A model generated the notes under the pieces. It saw only the letters and a list, made by a program, of their open reading frames with translations, was not told the origin of the DNA and searched no databases. From contig JAQGDQ010000298.1 of assembly GCA_030141605.1 (NCBI GenBank), positions 186,001-250,000 on the forward strand: 64,000 nt of DNA, given 5' to 3'. The position numbers and the translations under genes were made by a program. This document shows, piece after piece, positions 58,622 to 64,000 of this stretch (positions are counted from its first letter, which is position 1; each line of letters starts with the position of its first letter). This stretch comes from Tubiluchus corallicola (taxonomy: Eukaryota; Animalia; Priapulida).

Positions 58622-59977
58622 CTATTATTTCAGCTCGCAGCCATAGTCTTAAGCCATAAAAATACAATAATTACTAAAAAACTAATTTTAAAACTATAAA
58701 ATTACAATTTACAGAAAAATAATTAGAGAAATTAGTTAAAATACTTACAAAAATGACATACATTAAAATTACATTTCAGTGGGCAAAAATTTTGTAGCAT
58801 ATAAAAATATCACTATTGTAAATTTACGTGCTTTAACAAACCATTACAAGAGCTTAAAACACGGCATCTAAAGTGTCACAGTGTTTGCTTGACGATCGCA
58901 GTTAAGTAACGCTTTGCCTGGTAAGTAAATGAATGGGTCTTCCGCCTGAAAAAACTGTATGTCTTTGATTTTATTTGTCATACTACCCCCGGGCTATTTA
59001 TCTAATTGAGGGAAGATACACGACTAAGATGCTTAGAACTGGCTAGTTCAGTGTCATTGATTATTCTTGATAATGAGGTAGCGGTCCTGCCACAACTATT
59101 AACATAATAAGCAGGGCCCCTTCATGTTGAAACCTTTGTGTGGCAGGACCGGAACTTATTTTATTGTCAAGCATAACCTTCACCTTCTAAAATGAGTTGA
59201 TGAATCGACAGAGGTCTCATTCAGATGCGTACGCTCCTTTCTCAATGAGGAAATAGCTGAAAGTTGCTCGCCAGCCGTAATCAATCAATTTTCCGTGCAG
59301 TTACCCGTCCATTTACTAGCTAAGCTTGGCGCTATTTAACTTACACACACTGTGACTACTCAGTTATTCCCATTCTACTGAATAATGTACTAGGATAAAT
59401 GCTGCATGTTTGAAAGTTCAGATCTTTTTCGTTCGTTGCAGACCAACACTTGTATAAAAGAAGCGGTTTAAAAGAAAATACAAGCTTTCTGAGAAGTTAG
59501 GCTTGTTTCAATGTTTGTGAGAAATGCTAGAAGGAATTAATAATAAAAGTGTGATAAACGCCTCGTATGATTAATAAAATCACTTTCAAGTTGCGCTTTA
59601 CGCTCTAATTTTGAACGCCCATTCTTCCACCAATGACGTCATTCATCGGTTGAAGAAAAGCAGTGCACTGTAAATTTCGGTCAAAACTATAATAAGTTTT
59701 ACAAAAAAAATAGATAGCTAATTTGGTGATATTTCAGAATGAACTAGATAAGCTGCAGAAGTTTGAATTAGTTTAAGCAGTGCGTGCTTACGGAACACTA
59801 CGATGCGCTTATGAAAAGTCAAGAAGTCCACCAGTTACGTCATAATTATCAAGTGAATGGAGGCTACCACGGCGCCACGAATTTCTACACAGTATAACTT
59901 AACTTCGTGTTTTATAGACAGTTGTTTGTAAACTTCTTTGTTTCACTTTTCTAAGTTTAAATTATAAAAATAAAACA

Positions 59978-60372
59978 AACCCAACATGCTAAGTGAGTTT
60001 TCTTTTCCTTTAGCACACCACAAACAGTTTAAATGATAAAACAATAAAATAAACCCAACATGCTAAGTGACTTGTCTTTTCCTTTAGCACACCACAAACG
60101 GTTTACGTGATAACGATAAAATCAACCCAACATGCTAAATAACTTGCCCTTTCCTTTAGCACACCACAAACAGTTTAAATGATATCAATAAACTAATCTC
60201 AACATGCTAAATGACTTGTCTTTTCCTTTAGCACACCTCAAACAGTTTACATGATAACAATAGAATAAACCCAACATGCTAAGTGAGTTGCCCTTTCCTT
60301 TAACACACCACAAACAGTTTAAATGATAACAATAAAATCAACCCAACATGCTAAGCGACTTGTCTTTTCCTC
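59978..60372. repeat. Tandem repeat, about 71-74 bp unit, about 5.5 copies
   Basis: Recurring aacccaacatgctaag...ttttcctttagcacaccacaaacagttt... Confidence 0.9.
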
Positions 60373-61735
60373 TAAATGTAATCTATCAAGAAGCTCGAAC
60401 ACGACCTCCTTACTCTTTGTATGGAAAATGTAGCAATTTATGACCTTCACGATTGTTGACTGAGACACCATGTTCTTTGCCCAGGAGCTCGCAGAAGAAC
60501 GCGCAAGTCAGTTGACTCTGTACATAACTTCGGGCTCAACTCTCAATGCAATATGCCACGTTGGTTTTTCGATGCATTGCTGAGTGTGTCTTGCCTGCTC
60601 GGTGCATCAGTAACTAACATGGCCAAATCAATAACGAAATTATAGACCAAGACTCATCATGGTAACCATAACGCATTATAATCGGTGTCAGCCATATACA
60701 ATGAAGTTCAAAATCTATCCAAAATCACTACAAAACTGCTATTTCTAGGCAAAGTTGCATCATCTAAGAATTTTTTGCTATATTTTTGTTTGCTGGAGAA
60801 CCAAATAGGTGCAATTTTGGAATGCCCTAGTTCACATTTTCTAGCCACGTAACCCAGTACAGTAGCGTGAATCCGCCCCTAGAATCAATACGCATTATAT
60901 AATGCAAAAGCGGCAATGGGACCATTCTGCTAAAATGCTTACATTAATTTAGCAGCTTATTAATCAAAATATTATCGGTACTTGAGCTCACGTGTATTAT
61001 AAAATCGGTTGAATATGTACGAAAACAACGCGTGATAGTCAACGACGTCTAATGTGGCGGTCCGACCAAAAGGTGGCGCAGTTGTTCTACAACATTGTGC
61101 ACAAAGTTTAATAAAAAGCAAAATTGAAGCATCCGTTTCGATGGATTTCTTGTTTTTTTGTTTAATCTAGCAAGCAGTACGTACTGAAACATACAGAAAT
61201 GAGCTATTTAATAACAGGGCCTGCTAATGTCGAACGCTTGTGGTGGGACTGGACATTAGTTCGTTATGAAGGATAATCTTCCAACTTATAACAAATTAAT
61301 GGGGCGATGACTGAGACAGCAGGGTGCCTTAGCCGCACTTCAGATGCGCATTTTTTGCTTTTCCAGGTAAGAAAAAGCTGGAGGCTGCCAGAAGGCTGCG
61401 TTGCAGATGAAACTGCCTAAAATCAGTTGTCCATGTGGTCACCTATCTATTTACTTAATAGGTTTGTTGCTGCGTGCTTTCGTTGCCTAGCACCCGAGCT
61501 GAGAACTGAATAATATACTTGAGCTAGTTGCATTACATGAACTGCTTACTGCTGAATAATGTACTTGAGCTAAATGCTCCACAGACTGAAAGCTTTGGAA
61601 GTATATATTTGTTGCAGACACACATTTACATAGAGAAATCTATTGGAACATAAATAAAGATGTCAGCACCTTAATAAACTACATGTATCAAAAATACACA
61701 AATTATAGACGGACGCATTGATGACTTAAAGAAAA

Positions 61736-62979
61736 CTAGCAAAGGCCCGCAAAAGATTTTGCGTATAAATACACGTGTAATCAATAATATGCGAACATCC
61801 AACACAGTCCTCATTTATAACACAAAGCCCGTAACATCATGCCTACTGTTTGTTTAACTAACGCAAAGCCTGTAGCTTTTTGCTGAATTAAAGTTATAAG
61901 CAGAGTAGAGTACAATGGATGACGTCAGAACAATGCCTTTGCGTCAGCAGTTTTCTAAGTGAAAATTGCCGAAAATAGAACTCCTAATTAACTCGTTGAT
62001 ACTCCTCTCGGTGGACCTGCCCTAAAATATAACCCACACCATCGTGTAGCCCTGTCCTTCCTCTTTGCAAAGAGCTATATGTCTCCTTCCGAGAATCCCA
62101 CCAGGCGCCGCTAGAACGTTTTTTCCGCATGCTGTTTGATCAAAATTTCGAAAAAATCGCGAGTTGGGTCCGGAAAAACGCCCGTGGCGGGACGCCGTGG
62201 CCCTCTCGGGAACTCTAAATAGGATTCGAGGCTACAGCTTCGACGAGGGCACCATTTGCGGCGATTTATACATCAAACGAAAGGTCTCGATTTGGTGTCG
62301 TCTCATTGGGGGTTTATTTTTCGAATTGGGCCCACAGCGAGGAAGGGGAGGCGAAAAACCTCCAAAAATGGCCATTTTTCGGCCGTTTTTTGCAAAAGTT
62401 ATACGGCTGAGATGTAGAGAACGGGAACGGGCCGAGGGGGTGCTGGGTATGGATAGATAGCCCGTTCAGCGGTGGGTGTCATAGGCCTATTTAGAATTTC
62501 CAAGAGGGCCACGGGGTCCCGTAACGGGCGTTTTCGCGGACCCAACTCGCGATTTTTTCGAAATTTTGATCAAACAGCCTGCGGGAAAAACGTTCTAGCG
62601 GCGCCTGGTGGGACTCTCGGAAGGAGATATATAGCTCTTTACAAAGAAGAAGAACGGGGCTACACGATGATGTGGGATATATGTTAGGGCAGGTCCACCG
62701 AGAGGAGTACTGGCGAGTTAATTAGAGATTCCATTTTCGGCAATTTTCGCTTAGAAAACTGCTGACGCAAAGGCATTGTTGTGACGTCATCCATTGTATT
62801 CTGTCTATAATCTTATAACTTTAATTCAGTAAAAGCTGCTACAGGCTTTGCGTTAGTGAAACAAACTGTAGGCATGATGTTACGGGCTTTGCGTTATAAA
62901 TGTGGACTAGGTAGGATGTTCGCGTGTTATTGATTATACGTGGTTTTTTACGCAAAATCTTTTGCGGGGCCTTTGCTAG
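61736..62979. mobile_element. Helitron-like element with two outward-facing 3' termini (about 490-bp inverted arms)
   Basis: 61736-62223 is the diverged reverse complement of 62486-62979. Both ends carry the CGCAAAA...TTTTGCG hairpin and CTAG followed by T. There is no TSD. It is the same family as 7866-8490. Confidence 0.7.
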
Positions 62980-63160
62980 TATATATATTAAGATACCAAG
63001 AATATTAATATAAGAGTATAGATCCTGCTTTTGTTTTAGGAACGAAACAGATATTTCGCAACCCGTTATGAGTTGCCTCTTCAGTGTGAACGTAAGAAAT
63101 GAGTGGCGAAACATCCGTTTTGTTATTATATCCGATTTGACGTCTATTAAAATCTTGTGC

Positions 63161-63780
63161 TAAGAAGCTAATGCTAATGTCTTTTCCAGTGTTAAGAAGC
63201 TAATGCTAATGTCTTTTCCAGTGTTAAGAAGCTAATGCTAATGTCTTTTCCAGTGTTAAGAAGCTAATGCTAATGTCTTTTCCAGTGTTAAGAAGCTAAT
63301 GCCACTGTCTTTTCCAGTGTTAAGAAGCTAATGCCACTGTCTTTTCCAGTGTTAAGAAGCTAATGCCACTGTCTTTTCCAGTGTTAAGAAGCTAATGCCA
63401 ATGTCTTTTCCAGTGTTAAGAAGCTAATGTCAATGTCTTTTCCAGTGTTAAGAAGCTAATGCTAATGTCTTTTCCAGTGTTAAGAAGCTAATGCCACTGT
63501 CTTTTCCAGTGTTAAGAAGCTAATGCCACTGTCTTTTCCAGTGTTAAGAAGCTAATGCCAATGTCTTTTCCAGTGTTAAGAAGCTAATGTCAATGTCTTT
63601 TCCAGTGTTAAGAAGCTAATGCTAATGTCTTTTCCAGTGTTAAGAAGCTAATGCTAATGTCTTTTCCAGTGTTAAGAAGCTAATGCCACTGTCTTTTCCA
63701 GTGTTAAGAAGCTAATGCCAATTCTTTTTCAGTGTTAAGAAGCTAATGCTAATGTGTTTTCCACTGTTAAGAAGCTAATA
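63161..63780. repeat. Minisatellite, 32-bp unit, about 19 copies
   Basis: Unit taagaagctaatgctaatgtcttttccagtgt, with gcta/gcca/gtca variants. Confidence 0.95.
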
Positions 63781-64000
63781 TATTTGATGCCTTTGCAGTG
63801 CCGAAAAACTAGTTACTAAAAACTAATACTCGGTCATTCAAAAAATAGAATGTTTATGTCCCGTGTGATGTCCAAAAACCAGCATGGTCTTTTTGACAGT
63901 TTATGGCATTTATTGGAGTCAAGACATGTAACATATTCTGGATACGTATTCAACTACCTATAGTGTATATATACAAGTCCAGCATAGAACTGGACGAATT

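Noticed and set aside
60400-60625. GC-richer stretch as a possible first SPOCK exon
   Set aside because: The minus-strand ATG frame stops early and encodes no signal peptide.

Overview
AT-rich animal (eukaryotic) genomic DNA, not a prokaryotic island. The ORF track is mostly noise from repeats and introns. By hand-splicing GT-AG introns I reconstruct three minus-strand genes. (1) A 3-exon PI-PLC X-domain (PLCXD-like) gene at 1816-4515, about 381 aa, with a signal peptide, a C-terminal hydrophobic tail, substituted catalytic residues and twin RFX X-boxes upstream. (2) A complete 17-exon prosaposin at 9342-32149, about 629 aa, with two SapA and five SapB domains. (3) A testican/SPOCK proteoglycan at 35939-56802, 10 exons found, 5' end not found. 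The PSAP-SPOCK order and orientation match the human 10q22 arrangement, which suggests an invertebrate chordate or deuterostome (inference only). Introns and intergenic DNA are dense with mobile and repeated DNA: a young non-coding LTR element with a tRNA-Leu PBS, a solo LTR with heat-shock elements, Helitron-like ends including a double-ended foldback copy, several Tc1/pogo, hAT and PIF-type MITEs, MITEs carrying TTAGGG-type repeats, LINE remnants, and many mini- and microsatellites. There is no CRISPR array, rRNA or tRNA gene. I see no clearly new multi-gene system. The best leads are the candidate GPI-anchored pseudo-PLC under RFX control and a possible PSAP-SPOCK regulatory block rich in CLEAR-type E-boxes.
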